Positions 1 to 10,157 of a DNA stretch of 53,843 bases are shown one piece after another. This DNA comes from an uncultured Chloroflexota bacterium. GTDB lineage: Bacteria; Chloroflexota; UBA11872; VXNJ01. The stretch covers positions 6,402 through 60,244 of the forward strand of contig CAZBZS010000010.1 in NCBI GenBank assembly GCA_964496475.1, given 5' to 3'. A program made the position numbers and the translations under genes. Positions within the stretch are counted from its first letter, which is position 1; each line of letters starts with the position of its first letter. The notes beneath the pieces are model-generated. The model saw nothing but the letters and a program-made list of their open reading frames with translations, did no database searches and had not been told where the DNA came from.

Positions 1-8
1 GCGCCGGA

Positions 9-1448
9 ATGAACGGTCGGAGACCGCCAAACATCATCTTCATCAACACCGACCAGCAGCGTTACGACACCATCAACGCGCTCGGTTACCCCTACATGGT
101 CACGCCCAATCTCGACCACCTCGTCACCGAAGGCGTCACTTTCACCAACTGCTTCGTCGGCGCTCCGGCCTGCGGACCTAACCGCGCCAGTCTCTTCAGC
201 GGCTACTACCCCCACACCACCGGCATGGGCAAGAACGGCGACCTCTGGCAGCGGACCTGGGTGAGCCTGCTGGGCAAGGCCGGCTACTACACCGCCAACG
301 TCGGCAAGATGCACCTGACCCCGTTCGACGCCAAGGCGGGGTTCGACTACCGCTTCAACGTCGAGAACAAGCAGCGCTTCCGGCAGTGGGCGCTGCACGA
401 GGACGAGTGGGACCGGGGCGTTATGGCCCACGGTCTGCGCAAGCCCGAGCGCAAGGATTACGAAAAGCGGGACGACTACGAGCAGGCTCTCGGCGCCTTC
501 GAGTGGGAGCTACCCGACGAACTCCATTCCGACATGTTCCTGGGCGACGCCGCCGTCCGCTGGATCGAGTGCTATCAACTCGACCAACCGTTTTTCCTTG
601 AGATCGGCTTTCCGGGCCCACACCCGCCCTACGACCCGATCGACCGCTGGCGCGAGGAGTACGAAGACAACGATCTGCCGTTGCTGGAGGTCACCGAAGC
701 CGAACTGGAGGCGCAGCCGGATGCCCTGAAACGCATGCACGTCCACAACACCGAGGTCGCCCACGACTCCGTATTCCACATCCTGCGGCCGACCGAGGAG
801 CAGCGGCTGCGGCAGCGGCGCTACTACATGGCCAATGTCTCCATGATCGACGAGAAGATCGGCCAGATCGTAGCGGCGCTACAGGAGCGGGGCTTTATGG
901 AGAACGCGGTCCTGTTCTCCACCTCCGATCATGGCGACACCCTCACCGATCACGGGTCCAGCCAGAAGTGGACCATGTACGACATCGTGACCCGCGTCCC
1001 CACCATCGCCTGGTCGCCCGGGCGCTTCGCCGGCGGACGGACCGTGGAGGAGCAGTACCAGTGGATGGACCTCGGCCCCACCATTTTGGAACTGGCCGGA
1101 GTCGAGGTGCCGGAAACTTTCGAGGCGATCTCCATGCTGCCTGCCCTTAATGGTCATCGCGAAGCCGGGGGCCGGGAATACGTGTTCGCCGAGCACGACC
1201 GCGAAGACGTCGTGGGGATGTATTCCGACTACCAGACGATGGTCCGGGGAAACGGGTGGAAACTGGTGCATTTCCTGGGCGAAGAGAACGGCCAGCTATT
1301 CGACCTGGCCGCCGACCCGGACGAGGTGAACAACTTGTGGTTCAGTCCAAAGCACGCCGAAAAGAAGCAAGAACTTCTGAATGTGCTCCTGGAGTGGCGG
1401 ATTCGCAGTACGCACATCGCAGGCCAGTGGGCGGCCGAATTCAGGTAA
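9..1448 (+). CDS. Sulfatase (S1 family, Cys-type; choline-sulfatase-like)
   Basis: PNIIFINTDQQR start, CGPNR (CxPxR) motif, GKMH, GPHPPYD, SDHG; no signal peptide. Start lies near the window edge. Confidence 0.9.
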   Translation: MNGRRPPNIIFINTDQQRYDTINALGYPYMVTPNLDHLVTEGVTFTNCFVGAPACGPNRASLFSGYYPHTTGMGKNGDLWQRTWVSLLGKAGYYTANVGKMHLTPFDAKAGFDYRFNVENKQRFRQWALHEDEWDRGVMAHGLRKPERKDYEKRDDYEQALGAFEWELPDELHSDMFLGDAAVRWIECYQLDQPFFLEIGFPGPHPPYDPIDRWREEYEDNDLPLLEVTEAELEAQPDALKRMHVHNTEVAHDSVFHILRPTEEQRLRQRRYYMANVSMIDEKIGQIVAALQERGFMENAVLFSTSDHGDTLTDHGSSQKWTMYDIVTRVPTIAWSPGRFAGGRTVEEQYQWMDLGPTILELAGVEVPETFEAISMLPALNGHREAGGREYVFAEHDREDVVGMYSDYQTMVRGNGWKLVHFLGEENGQLFDLAADPDEVNNLWFSPKHAEKKQELLNVLLEWRIRSTHIAGQWAAEFR

Positions 1449-1499
1449 GTTGTAACTCAGGCATAGGGAGCCGGTCAGAATGAACGATTGGAGACCGCT

Positions 1500-3014
1500 T
1501 TGAAGGCGATCATGGTGATGTTCGATACCCTGAACCGGCATCACCTCCCCAATTACGGCTGCGACTGGGTGCACGCGCCCAACTTCGAGCGCCTCGCCGC
1601 CCGCACGGTCCAGTTCCAGAATTCCTACGCCGGCAGCCTGCCCTGCATGCCCGCCAGGCGCGAACTGCACACCGGCCGCTACAACTTTCTCCATCGCAGC
1701 TGGGGACCGCTGGAACCCTTCGACGACTCCATGCCGCAAATCCTCAAACGGCACGGCGTCTACGCCCACCTGTGCACCGACCATCAGCACTACTTCGAAG
1801 AGGGCGGCGCCACCTATCACACCAAGTACAGCTCCTGGCAATTCAGCCGCGGCCACGAGGGCGACCCCTGGATGGGACAGGTGGCCGACCCTGAAATTCC
1901 GGACTCCCTCGGGGTGAAATACTTCTCCGGCATCAGCGACGCTGTCGCCCCCCTCTGGCGGCAGGACTGGGTGAACCGCGAGTTCATGAGGCAGGAAGAA
2001 GACCAGCCCCAGGCCAAAACCTTCGCCAAGGGCCTCGACTTCATCCGCCGCAACGCCGGCCAGGACCGCTGGTTTCTGCAACTGGAAACCTTCGACCCCC
2101 ACGAGCCTTTCTTCACCCAGAAGAAGTACAAAGACCTCTACCCCCACCAGTACCACGGCCCCCATTTCGACTGGCCCCCCTACGGTACCTCCGAGCGCAC
2201 CCCCGACCAGGACGAGCACGTGCGCCGGGAATACGCCGCTCTGGTCAGCATGTGCGACGAGTACCTGGGCAAGGTGCTCGACACCATGGACGAACTCGAC
2301 ATGTGGGACGACACCCTCCTCATCGTCAACACCGACCACGGCTTCCTGCTCGGCGAACACGACTGGTGGGGCAAGGTCGTACAGCCCTTCTACCAGGAGA
2401 TCGTCCACACCCCGTTGATGATCTGGGACCCGCGCTCGCGGCGGCAGGCGGTGCGCTGCGATTCGCTGGTGCAGACCATGGACCTGCCCGCCACTCTCCT
2501 GGAATTCTTCGAAATCGACCGGCCGAAAGACATGCAGGGAATCCCGCTACGGGAAGCCCTCGCCAACGACGCCCCGGTCCACGACACCATCCTCTTCGGC
2601 GTCTTCGGCGGTCATGTAAATTGCACCGACGGCAAGCACGTATTGATGCTGGCGCCCGCCAAACCTGCCAACGATCCGCTGCACCAGTACACCCTCATGG
2701 CCTCCCATATGCGGGCGCCATTCGCGCCGGACGAGCTACAAGAAATCGAGGTGGCTGGGCCGCTGGCGTTCACCAAAGGTGCGAAACTCATGAAGCTCCC
2801 GGCGCAACGCTCCCTGTTCGACGCGCCCCGCCACGACTACTTCGGCGACCCGCTCAAGACCATGCTCTTCGATATCGGTTCCAACCATACCCAGGAGACT
2901 CAGATTCACGACCAGGCCATCGAAGCCAGACTGAAGCAGGAAATCGAACGCCTCATGCAGGAGAATGACGCCCCGCCCGGCCAGTTCCAGCGCATGGGCC
3001 TGGACGGCGGCTAA
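1500..3014 (+). CDS. Sulfatase (Cys-type), tandem paralog 1
   Basis: TTG start after GGAGA; SLPCMPARRELHTG, FDPHEPF, NTDHGFLLGEH. Confidence 0.9.
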   Translation: MKAIMVMFDTLNRHHLPNYGCDWVHAPNFERLAARTVQFQNSYAGSLPCMPARRELHTGRYNFLHRSWGPLEPFDDSMPQILKRHGVYAHLCTDHQHYFEEGGATYHTKYSSWQFSRGHEGDPWMGQVADPEIPDSLGVKYFSGISDAVAPLWRQDWVNREFMRQEEDQPQAKTFAKGLDFIRRNAGQDRWFLQLETFDPHEPFFTQKKYKDLYPHQYHGPHFDWPPYGTSERTPDQDEHVRREYAALVSMCDEYLGKVLDTMDELDMWDDTLLIVNTDHGFLLGEHDWWGKVVQPFYQEIVHTPLMIWDPRSRRQAVRCDSLVQTMDLPATLLEFFEIDRPKDMQGIPLREALANDAPVHDTILFGVFGGHVNCTDGKHVLMLAPAKPANDPLHQYTLMASHMRAPFAPDELQEIEVAGPLAFTKGAKLMKLPAQRSLFDAPRHDYFGDPLKTMLFDIGSNHTQETQIHDQAIEARLKQEIERLMQENDAPPGQFQRMGLDGG

Positions 3015-3084
3015 AACTGCCCGATCCTTCTCGAGAACTTAATATCGACCGACCCGCCAGCGCGCCAAATCCGAGGAGGCTGCC

Positions 3085-4587
3085 TTGAAAGCAATCATGC
3101 TGATGTTCGATTCGCTCAACCGCCACATGCTGCCCAATTACGGCTGCGACTGGGTGAAAGCGCCGAACTTCGAGCGCCTGGCGGCCCGCACGGTTCAGTT
3201 TCAGAACTCCTACGCCGGCAGCCTGCCGTGCATCCCGGCCCGCCGCGAGCTCCACACCGGCCGCTACAACTTCCTCCATCGCAGCTGGGGGCCGCTGGAG
3301 CCCTTCGACGACTCCATGCCGGCGCTGCTGCGGGACAACGGCATCCACTCCCACCTGGCCACCGATCACTGGCACTACTTCAGCACCGGCGGAGCCATTT
3401 ACAACACGAAGTACAGCACCTGGGAGTTCTGCCGCGGCCAGATGGGCGACCCCTGGAAAGGTCAAATAAAGGACCCGGAAATCCCCAAGGATGCGGTCGT
3501 GGCCAAGGAGGGGCGGGCCTGGCGGCAGCACTGGGTCAACCGGGAGCACATGCCGGATGAGGAGGATCACCACCTGGCCCGCACCATCGAAAACGGCGTG
3601 GAATTCATGCAGATGAACCGGGACGAGGACAACTGGTTCTGCCAGATCGAGTGCTTCGATCCCCACGAGCCCTTCTTCTCGCCGCAGAAGTACAAGGACC
3701 TCTACCCGCACGAATACGACGGACCCTTCAACGACTGCCCGCCCTACATGAAGATCAAAGAGTCGCCGGAGGAAGTGGCCCACGTGCGCTATGAGTACGC
3801 CGCCCTCGTCAGCATGTGCGACGCCTACCTGAGTCGCGTCCTGGACAAGATGGACGAACTCGATCTCTGGCACGACACTATGCTCATCGTGAACACCGAT
3901 CACGGCTTCCTGCTCGGCGAGCACAGCTGGTGGGCAAAGGGCCAGATGCCCTGGTACCAGGAGCTGGCCCACACCCCGCTGCTGATCTGGGATCCGCGCT
4001 CGCGCCGCGGCGGCGTGCGCTGCGACTCCCTCGTGCAAACCATCGATCTACCGGCCACCATCCTCCAATTATTCGGCATCGACCGCCCCCCCGACATGCA
4101 GGGAATCCCGCTGCACGACGCCCTCGCCGAGAACGCCCCGGTCCACGACGCCATCCTCTTCGGCACTCACGGCCGCCACATCCACTGCACTGACGGCCGC
4201 TATCACCTGATGGTCGCCCCGGGAGCCGAGCCAATCAACGAATACACCCTGATGCCCACCCATATGTGGAAGATGTTCTCGCCGGAGGAGCTCGCCCTAG
4301 CCGAATTGGCGGAGCCATTCGCGTTCACGAAAGGGTGCCCGGTGCTGAAAATTCCGGCCGACGCCGGCGACGCCCAGCGGGGCTCATTCATCCCTCACGA
4401 CGACGAAGAGATGCGGACATCCCTCTTCGACCTCACGTTGGACCCCCATGAAGCCAATCCGATCGAAGACGCTGAAATGGAGTCCCACATACGAGCCCAC
4501 ATGACCCGCCTGATGCGGGAGAATGACGCCCCGGCCGAACTCTACCTGCGCATGGGATTGGAAACCGAAGCCACGCCCGTTTCATAG
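3085..4587 (+). CDS. Sulfatase (Cys-type), tandem paralog 2
   Basis: GAGGAGG RBS + TTG; SLPCIPARRELHTG, FDPHEPF, NTDHG. Confidence 0.9.
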   Translation: MKAIMLMFDSLNRHMLPNYGCDWVKAPNFERLAARTVQFQNSYAGSLPCIPARRELHTGRYNFLHRSWGPLEPFDDSMPALLRDNGIHSHLATDHWHYFSTGGAIYNTKYSTWEFCRGQMGDPWKGQIKDPEIPKDAVVAKEGRAWRQHWVNREHMPDEEDHHLARTIENGVEFMQMNRDEDNWFCQIECFDPHEPFFSPQKYKDLYPHEYDGPFNDCPPYMKIKESPEEVAHVRYEYAALVSMCDAYLSRVLDKMDELDLWHDTMLIVNTDHGFLLGEHSWWAKGQMPWYQELAHTPLLIWDPRSRRGGVRCDSLVQTIDLPATILQLFGIDRPPDMQGIPLHDALAENAPVHDAILFGTHGRHIHCTDGRYHLMVAPGAEPINEYTLMPTHMWKMFSPEELALAELAEPFAFTKGCPVLKIPADAGDAQRGSFIPHDDEEMRTSLFDLTLDPHEANPIEDAEMESHIRAHMTRLMRENDAPAELYLRMGLETEATPVS

Positions 4588-4736
4588 CCGGTAAATCCCC
4601 GGCGACCATCGCTCAAAAGCCCGCCACCCACCCTCGGTCCGCCGGCCCCCATTTGAACCATGCGCGCCGGGGTGTTGGAATAGAGGCCAGCCGCACAGCC
4701 CGATGCAAGCCATGCAAAGCCGAAAGTGATCAGCCA

Positions 4737-6233
4737 ATGAAAGCCATCATGTTGATGTTCGACTCCTTGAACCGGCACATGTTGCCGGGCTACGGCTGTG
4801 ATTGGGTGAAGACCCCCAACTTCGAGCGCCTCGCCTCCCGCACCGTGCAATTCCAGAACGCCTACGCGGGCAGCCTCCCCTGCATACCCGCCCGACGCGA
4901 GCTGCACACCGGCCGCTACAACTTTCTGCACCGCGGCTGGGGTCCGCTGGAGCCCTTCGACGACTCCATGCCGCAGATTCTCAAGGAAAACGGCGTGCAT
5001 TCCCACCTGGTCACCGACCATCAGCACTACTTTGAGGACGGCGGCTCCACCTATCACCAGCGCTACCGCACCTGGGAATTCAGCCGGGGCCAGGAAGGCG
5101 ACAAGTGGATCGGCCAGATCGACGCCCCGGAAATCCCGCCCGTCGAGGCCACCAAGGGCGAGCCCATGTGGACCCAGGACTGGGTCAACCGCTCCCACAT
5201 GACCCGCGTGGAAGATCAGCCGCTGCCCAAGACCTTTGACAAGGCTCTCAAGTTTGTCAAGCGCAACGCCCACGCCGACAGTTGGTTCTGCCAGATCGAG
5301 TGCTTCGATCCCCACGAGCCATTTTTCAGCCAGCAGGAATACAAGGACCTCTACCCCCACGACTACGGCGGCACGCACTACGACTGGCCACCCTACGCAA
5401 AGGTGACCGAATCGCCCGAGACCGTCGAGCATCTGCGCTACGAGTACGCCGCCGTGTTGAGCATGTGCGACGAGTACCTGGGCAAGCTGCTCGACCTCAT
5501 GGACGAGCAGGACATGTGGGACGACACGATGCTCATCGTCAACACCGACCACGGCTACCTGCTGGGCGAGCACGACTGGTGGGCCAAGCTGCGCATGCCC
5601 TTCTACCAGGAGCTCGTCAACATGCCGCTGCTCATCTGGGACCCGCGCTCTGGCCGGCGCGGAGTGCGATGCGAATCCCTCGTGCAGACCATCGACCTGC
5701 CCGCCACCATCCTCGAGTTCTTCGGCCTGGACCGGCCGAAAGACATGCAGGGCTTGCCGCTGCGCGACGCCCTCGCCAATGACTCGCAGGTGCACGATGC
5801 CGTGCTCTTTGGGGTAATGGGCGGCCACATCAACTGCACCGACGGGCGCTACGTCTATATGCTGGCGCCGGAGGCTGGCAACCAGCCGCTGAACAACTAC
5901 ACCCTGATGCCCATGCATATGCACAGCAGGTTCACGCCCGGCAACCTGCAAGACGCGGTGATGGCCGAACCCTTCAACTTCACCAAGGGCTGTCCGGTCA
6001 TGAAGATCCCTACCTGGCGATTCCCACACCAGCAAACCGTGGCCGACGACGGCCCCGGCCAGTTCGAGACCGCCCTCTACGACATCAAGGACGACCCCCA
6101 ACAGATGGCTCCCTTCCACGACGAAAAGATCGAAGCAATGATGACCGCTCACATCCTGCGGTTGATGCGGGAGACCGACGCCCCCTCCGAGCAATACGAG
6201 CGGATGGGTCTCACTGCGGAGGTGCCCGGCTAG
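4737..6233 (+). CDS. Sulfatase (Cys-type), tandem paralog 3
   Basis: MKAIMLMFDSLNRH start matches the paralogs; SLPCIPARR motif. Confidence 0.9.
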   Translation: MKAIMLMFDSLNRHMLPGYGCDWVKTPNFERLASRTVQFQNAYAGSLPCIPARRELHTGRYNFLHRGWGPLEPFDDSMPQILKENGVHSHLVTDHQHYFEDGGSTYHQRYRTWEFSRGQEGDKWIGQIDAPEIPPVEATKGEPMWTQDWVNRSHMTRVEDQPLPKTFDKALKFVKRNAHADSWFCQIECFDPHEPFFSQQEYKDLYPHDYGGTHYDWPPYAKVTESPETVEHLRYEYAAVLSMCDEYLGKLLDLMDEQDMWDDTMLIVNTDHGYLLGEHDWWAKLRMPFYQELVNMPLLIWDPRSGRRGVRCESLVQTIDLPATILEFFGLDRPKDMQGLPLRDALANDSQVHDAVLFGVMGGHINCTDGRYVYMLAPEAGNQPLNNYTLMPMHMHSRFTPGNLQDAVMAEPFNFTKGCPVMKIPTWRFPHQQTVADDGPGQFETALYDIKDDPQQMAPFHDEKIEAMMTAHILRLMRETDAPSEQYERMGLTAEVPG

Positions 6234-6543
6234 GGGGCCGTCCGAGTATTGTCGCCATGACCGACTCCGACCAGACCGAAGTCCATCCCGACCGTCCCCA
6301 GGACTCGCTGCAGACGCAACTGCCGCGCCGGTGGGTGAGCCGTTGCGGGGAGTCAGGCGGACGCTGGCGTATCAAGCGACCCTGGCAAACGTTTCGATGG
6401 CCCGCATGGAAGCGATCCCCCCGGACGGATCGTCGGTTTTGCCGCCAGCGCCAGTATGAGCGATCATCTGCGCACCCGCCAGCCACATCGGCGCGACGGG
6501 GATCGTCGATTCATCAGGCTTACTTTCAATCCGGGAGCGACAC

Positions 6544-7710
6544 ATGGGCTGGTCGGTAGTGCGAAAAACGGGTCTGACCTATCACCGGCCGCAACTCTCG
6601 GTAAAGGGCTTCACCATCGTCAGCCCCCTCGCCGGCGACTCATCGTTCCTGTTCGACATGGACGGCCAAATCGTCCACCGCTGGCGCTATGAGGGCGTCA
6701 CCCCGCAGTACGCGCAGTTACTGCCCGGCGGCAATCTGCTCATGATCGGCAAAGAGCTCCGGTTCGGACGGCCACCATCCGATGCGCCCATCGACCCGCC
6801 ACCAACGCTCAAGGAGCACGTACGCCGCCTGGGCGGCGACGCTTCCATCATCCAGGAGTACGACTGGGACGGAAATCTGGTGTGGGAATACAAGAACGAA
6901 TTAATCCACCACGATCTCGTCCGCCTTGAAAACGGCAACACCATGTTTCTCGAATACGTCGGTATTCCGCCCGACGTTGCCCGGCAGGTGAAAGGCGGTT
7001 ACAAGAAGCCCCGCGAGAAGCTGCCCCCGCTGGTCGGCGATGACATCGTCGAGATCGACCCGGCCGGAAACGAGATCTCCCGCATCAGCACATGGAAAAT
7101 GCTGGACCCGAAAAAAGATCGTATCTGCCCGCTGGAACGGCGCTGGGAGTGGACCCACGGCAACGCCTTCGATCTCATGCCCGACGGCAAGATCGTGTTC
7201 TCCGCCCGGGAGATCAGCCTAGTCATCATCATCGACCCGCTCACTGAGGAGATCACCTGGCGGTACGGCTATCCGGATCTGGCCCACCAGCACGACGTGT
7301 CGGTATTGCGAAACGGCAACATCCAGATTTTCGATAACGGCATGCACTCCCAACATCTCCCGTGGTCCCGCGTGCTTGAGGTCAACCCGGATACCAGCGA
7401 GATCGTGTGGAAGTTCGAGATGGACCCCCCCGAAGCCATGTACAGCCCCCTGATTTCCGGCGCCCACCGGCTGCCCCGGGACAACGTCCTCATCTGCGAA
7501 GGAATGACCGGCCGATTGCTCGAAGTTACCCGGCGCGGCGAACCCGCCTGGGAGTGGATCAATCCCTTCGTCAACCAGCACTGTCCCGGCGTCAACATGT
7601 CCTGGGTCTATCGCGCCTATCGCTACGAGCCCGACTATCCCGGCCTCGCCGGCCGCGAGCTCAATCCGGACAACCACCTGGAGCTGAATCGCGCCCACGG
7701 ATTGATGTAG
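6544..7710 (+). CDS. Arylsulfate sulfotransferase (ASST) family beta-propeller protein
   Basis: IHHD, WTHGNA, HQHD, FDNG, SGAHRLPRDNVLICEG repeats typical of the ASST family; GGGAG RBS. Confidence 0.8.
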   Translation: MGWSVVRKTGLTYHRPQLSVKGFTIVSPLAGDSSFLFDMDGQIVHRWRYEGVTPQYAQLLPGGNLLMIGKELRFGRPPSDAPIDPPPTLKEHVRRLGGDASIIQEYDWDGNLVWEYKNELIHHDLVRLENGNTMFLEYVGIPPDVARQVKGGYKKPREKLPPLVGDDIVEIDPAGNEISRISTWKMLDPKKDRICPLERRWEWTHGNAFDLMPDGKIVFSAREISLVIIIDPLTEEITWRYGYPDLAHQHDVSVLRNGNIQIFDNGMHSQHLPWSRVLEVNPDTSEIVWKFEMDPPEAMYSPLISGAHRLPRDNVLICEGMTGRLLEVTRRGEPAWEWINPFVNQHCPGVNMSWVYRAYRYEPDYPGLAGRELNPDNHLELNRAHGLM

Positions 7711-7748
7711 AGCCCGCGACAAGGCGATCCGAAAACGAGAGGATTAAA

Positions 7749-8876
7749 ATGAAAATCACTGACATCCAGGTCCATCTCTGCGAAGCTGGCCTCCGCAACT
7801 GGCTGTTCGCGGAAATTCACACCGATGAAGGCATCGCTGGGGTCGGAGAGGGCACCACCGAGGGGCAGGTCCTGACCGTGAAGGCGCGCATCGAGGAGAT
7901 GGGGCGCTACCTGCTCGGCAAGGACCCGCGGGACATCGCTCTGCACACCCAGCTTCTGACCCGCGATCCATTTTGGGTTGGCGGCTACGTATCCGGTTCC
8001 GCGCTGGCCGCCCTCGAGATGGCCATGTGGGACATCAGCGGCAAGAAACTCGGCGTGCCGCTCTGGCGTCTCTGGGGCGGCCGGATCAGGGACCGCGTCC
8101 GAGTCTACGCTAACGGCTGGTACTTCGGCGTCCAGGGCCCCGAGGATTGGGGCGACCGCGCCGGCGAGGTGGTGGAATTGGGGTACACCGCCATGAAATT
8201 CGATCCCTTCGGCAGGGCTGGCCCGCGAATTTCACGCGAGGAATTGGACCACGCCCAGGCCATCGTCCGCGAAGTCCGGCGCGGTGCCGGCCCCGGGGCA
8301 GACCTGCTCATCGAGGCCCACGGGCGCTTTGACATCCACGCGGCCATCCAGGCCGCCCGCGCCGTCGAGCCCTTCGACTGCTTCTGGTACGAAGAGCCCG
8401 TCATCCCAGGCAATCACGCCGCCCTTAGGCAACTCGCGGAGGCCGTCTCCATCCCCGTAGCCACCGGAGAACGCGTCTACTCCCGGCAGGACGCCCGGGA
8501 GCTGCTCGAGCTGCACGCCGCTACGGTCCTGCAGTGCGACGTCTGCCATTGCGGCGGCTTGGAGGAAATCCGGAAGATCGCCGCCGTCGCCGAGACCTAT
8601 TCCGTCGCCATCGCCCCCCACAATCCCAACGGCCCCGTCGCCACCGCCGCCTGTCTGGCCATCGACGCCGTGACCCCGAATTTCATGATCCAAGAAATGT
8701 TCACCCCCTGGGATGTGGACTGGCGGGATACAGTCGTACTCGGCTCATCGCGGGTGGTGGACGGCTATATCGAAGTCCCCGACCGACCCGGCCTAGGGGT
8801 AGAGCTGGCCCACGACGAGCTGGCAAAACACCCATTCGAAGCCAAAGACTTGCAAATGTTCAGCAGGGAGGCCTGA
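7749..8876 (+). CDS. Mandelate racemase/enolase superfamily, galactonate dehydratase (DgoD)-like
   Basis: MKITDI, RNWLF, YANGW, IEAHG, YEEP, TGER, APHNPNGP. Confidence 0.85.
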   Translation: MKITDIQVHLCEAGLRNWLFAEIHTDEGIAGVGEGTTEGQVLTVKARIEEMGRYLLGKDPRDIALHTQLLTRDPFWVGGYVSGSALAALEMAMWDISGKKLGVPLWRLWGGRIRDRVRVYANGWYFGVQGPEDWGDRAGEVVELGYTAMKFDPFGRAGPRISREELDHAQAIVREVRRGAGPGADLLIEAHGRFDIHAAIQAARAVEPFDCFWYEEPVIPGNHAALRQLAEAVSIPVATGERVYSRQDARELLELHAATVLQCDVCHCGGLEEIRKIAAVAETYSVAIAPHNPNGPVATAACLAIDAVTPNFMIQEMFTPWDVDWRDTVVLGSSRVVDGYIEVPDRPGLGVELAHDELAKHPFEAKDLQMFSREA

Positions 8877-8887
8877 TAGAGCGACGC

Positions 8888-9664
8888 ATGACCAACAAAG
8901 ATTTCAGCGGAAAAGTAGCAGTCATCACCGGCGCCGGTCGTGGAATCGGCCGGGCCGTCGTGCGGGATTTGGCCCGCTCCGGAACCGACATCAGCATGTG
9001 CTCATGCTCGGCTGATGAGCTGGAAGCCCTGGCGTCCGAGGTCCGGGAAATGGGCCGCAAGGTCGTCGCCGTGCCCACCGATGTCGCCGAGTAGGACGAG
9101 GTATAGGCATTCGCCGCCCAGGTCAAGAAGGAACTGGGCCCGGTGGACCTGCTATTCAACAACGCCGACGTGAGCCTGGAGAGCGTCCCCGTCTCCGAAA
9201 GCGATCCCGCCACCTGGCGACGCGTCATCGACATCAACCTCACCGGCGTTTATCACGTCGCCCGCGCCTTCATCAACGACATGCCCCGCGGCGGAATCAT
9301 CCTTAATACCGGCTCCGGCTCCGGCTCCGGCGAGAGCAAGGTTCCCAACCACTCCTCCTGCAACGCCTCCAAAGCCGGCGTTCACATGTTCACCGGCGTG
9401 CTGGCGCTGGAGGCGTGGGACCGCAGAATCTGCGGCAACACCCTAATCCCCGGACCCGTCGCCACCCTCATCGTCGACTGGTCCATGGACGCACAGAGCG
9501 AAGAGGAAGTCCTCGCCGCCTTCAAGGACAAGCCCAGGCCGCAGGCTCCCAGCGAGATCGTCAAGCCGGCCAGCGAAGTCGCCGAGTTCGTCCACTACCT
9601 CTTCTCCTTCCCCGAATCCGGACCCACCGGCCAGGTCTGCTCCATCGCCCGCCGGCCCTTCTAG
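8888..9664 (+). pseudogene. SDR oxidoreductase pseudogene
   Basis: TGAGRGIG Rossmann motif; in-frame TAG at 9092 and 9104; NNAG changed to NNAD; catalytic YxxxK changed to CNASK. Confidence 0.85.
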
Positions 9665-9716
9665 CTCTGGCACCCGGCGGCAACCGCCTGCTTCCTGGAC
9701 CCGCCCGCCGGCCGTC

Positions 9717-10013
9717 TTACAGCACCCTCCCTCCCGGGCCCACCCCCTGCTCCGTCACCCCACCAATCCGCGCCAGCTCGTCCACTTCGTCCACTTCCAG
9801 CGGCTGGCTGTGACCGCAGACGTCGCACGTCGCAAAGTAGCGGTGGAGGAAGCTCACCACCGGAATCGGGATGAAAAACAGCGTCGGCACCTGGTACGCG
9901 TGTTGCACGCGAAACGACCGCCGCACCCCACACACCGGGCACAAGTGCTCACCCAGATCGCCTTCATCGGCGACCACCGATTTCGTTCCAATAAGAAGTA
10001 TGAACGGGAACAT
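9717..10013 (-). CDS. Small zinc-ribbon domain protein
   Basis: CPVC...TLFFIP...CDVC pattern; ATG at 10013. Confidence 0.7.
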   Translation of the reverse strand: MFPFILLIGTKSVVADEGDLGEHLCPVCGVRRSFRVQHAYQVPTLFFIPIPVVSFLHRYFATCDVCGHSQPLEVDEVDELARIGGVTEQGVGPGGRVL

Positions 10014-10157
10014 GGGGTTGGCTACTGGCACGGGAAACGGGTCCGCCGTCCATGCTAGCGCGGGGAGCCGCGCAAATCGCGAGTTTTTGGTAGGCGGCGG
10101 TGCCGGTTTGAGGGATAGGATTGGCGGTCGCCAGTCCGCTAAAACAAGTCCGTTCAC

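Noticed and set aside
1296-6194. Long antisense ORFs over the sulfatases (likewise 11111-12217, 13803-15365, 51789-53813)
   Set aside because: Shadow frames caused by high GC3 codon bias; no recognisable motifs, and they mirror real genes.
6257-6559. 100-aa ORF between sulfatase and ASST
   Set aside because: Arg/Trp-rich, no motif, overlaps the ASST start; likely spurious or an unrecognisable remnant.
9311-9331. GGCTCC tandem repeat as a phase-variation tract
   Set aside because: In-frame hexamer with only ~3 copies, inside an already dead gene.
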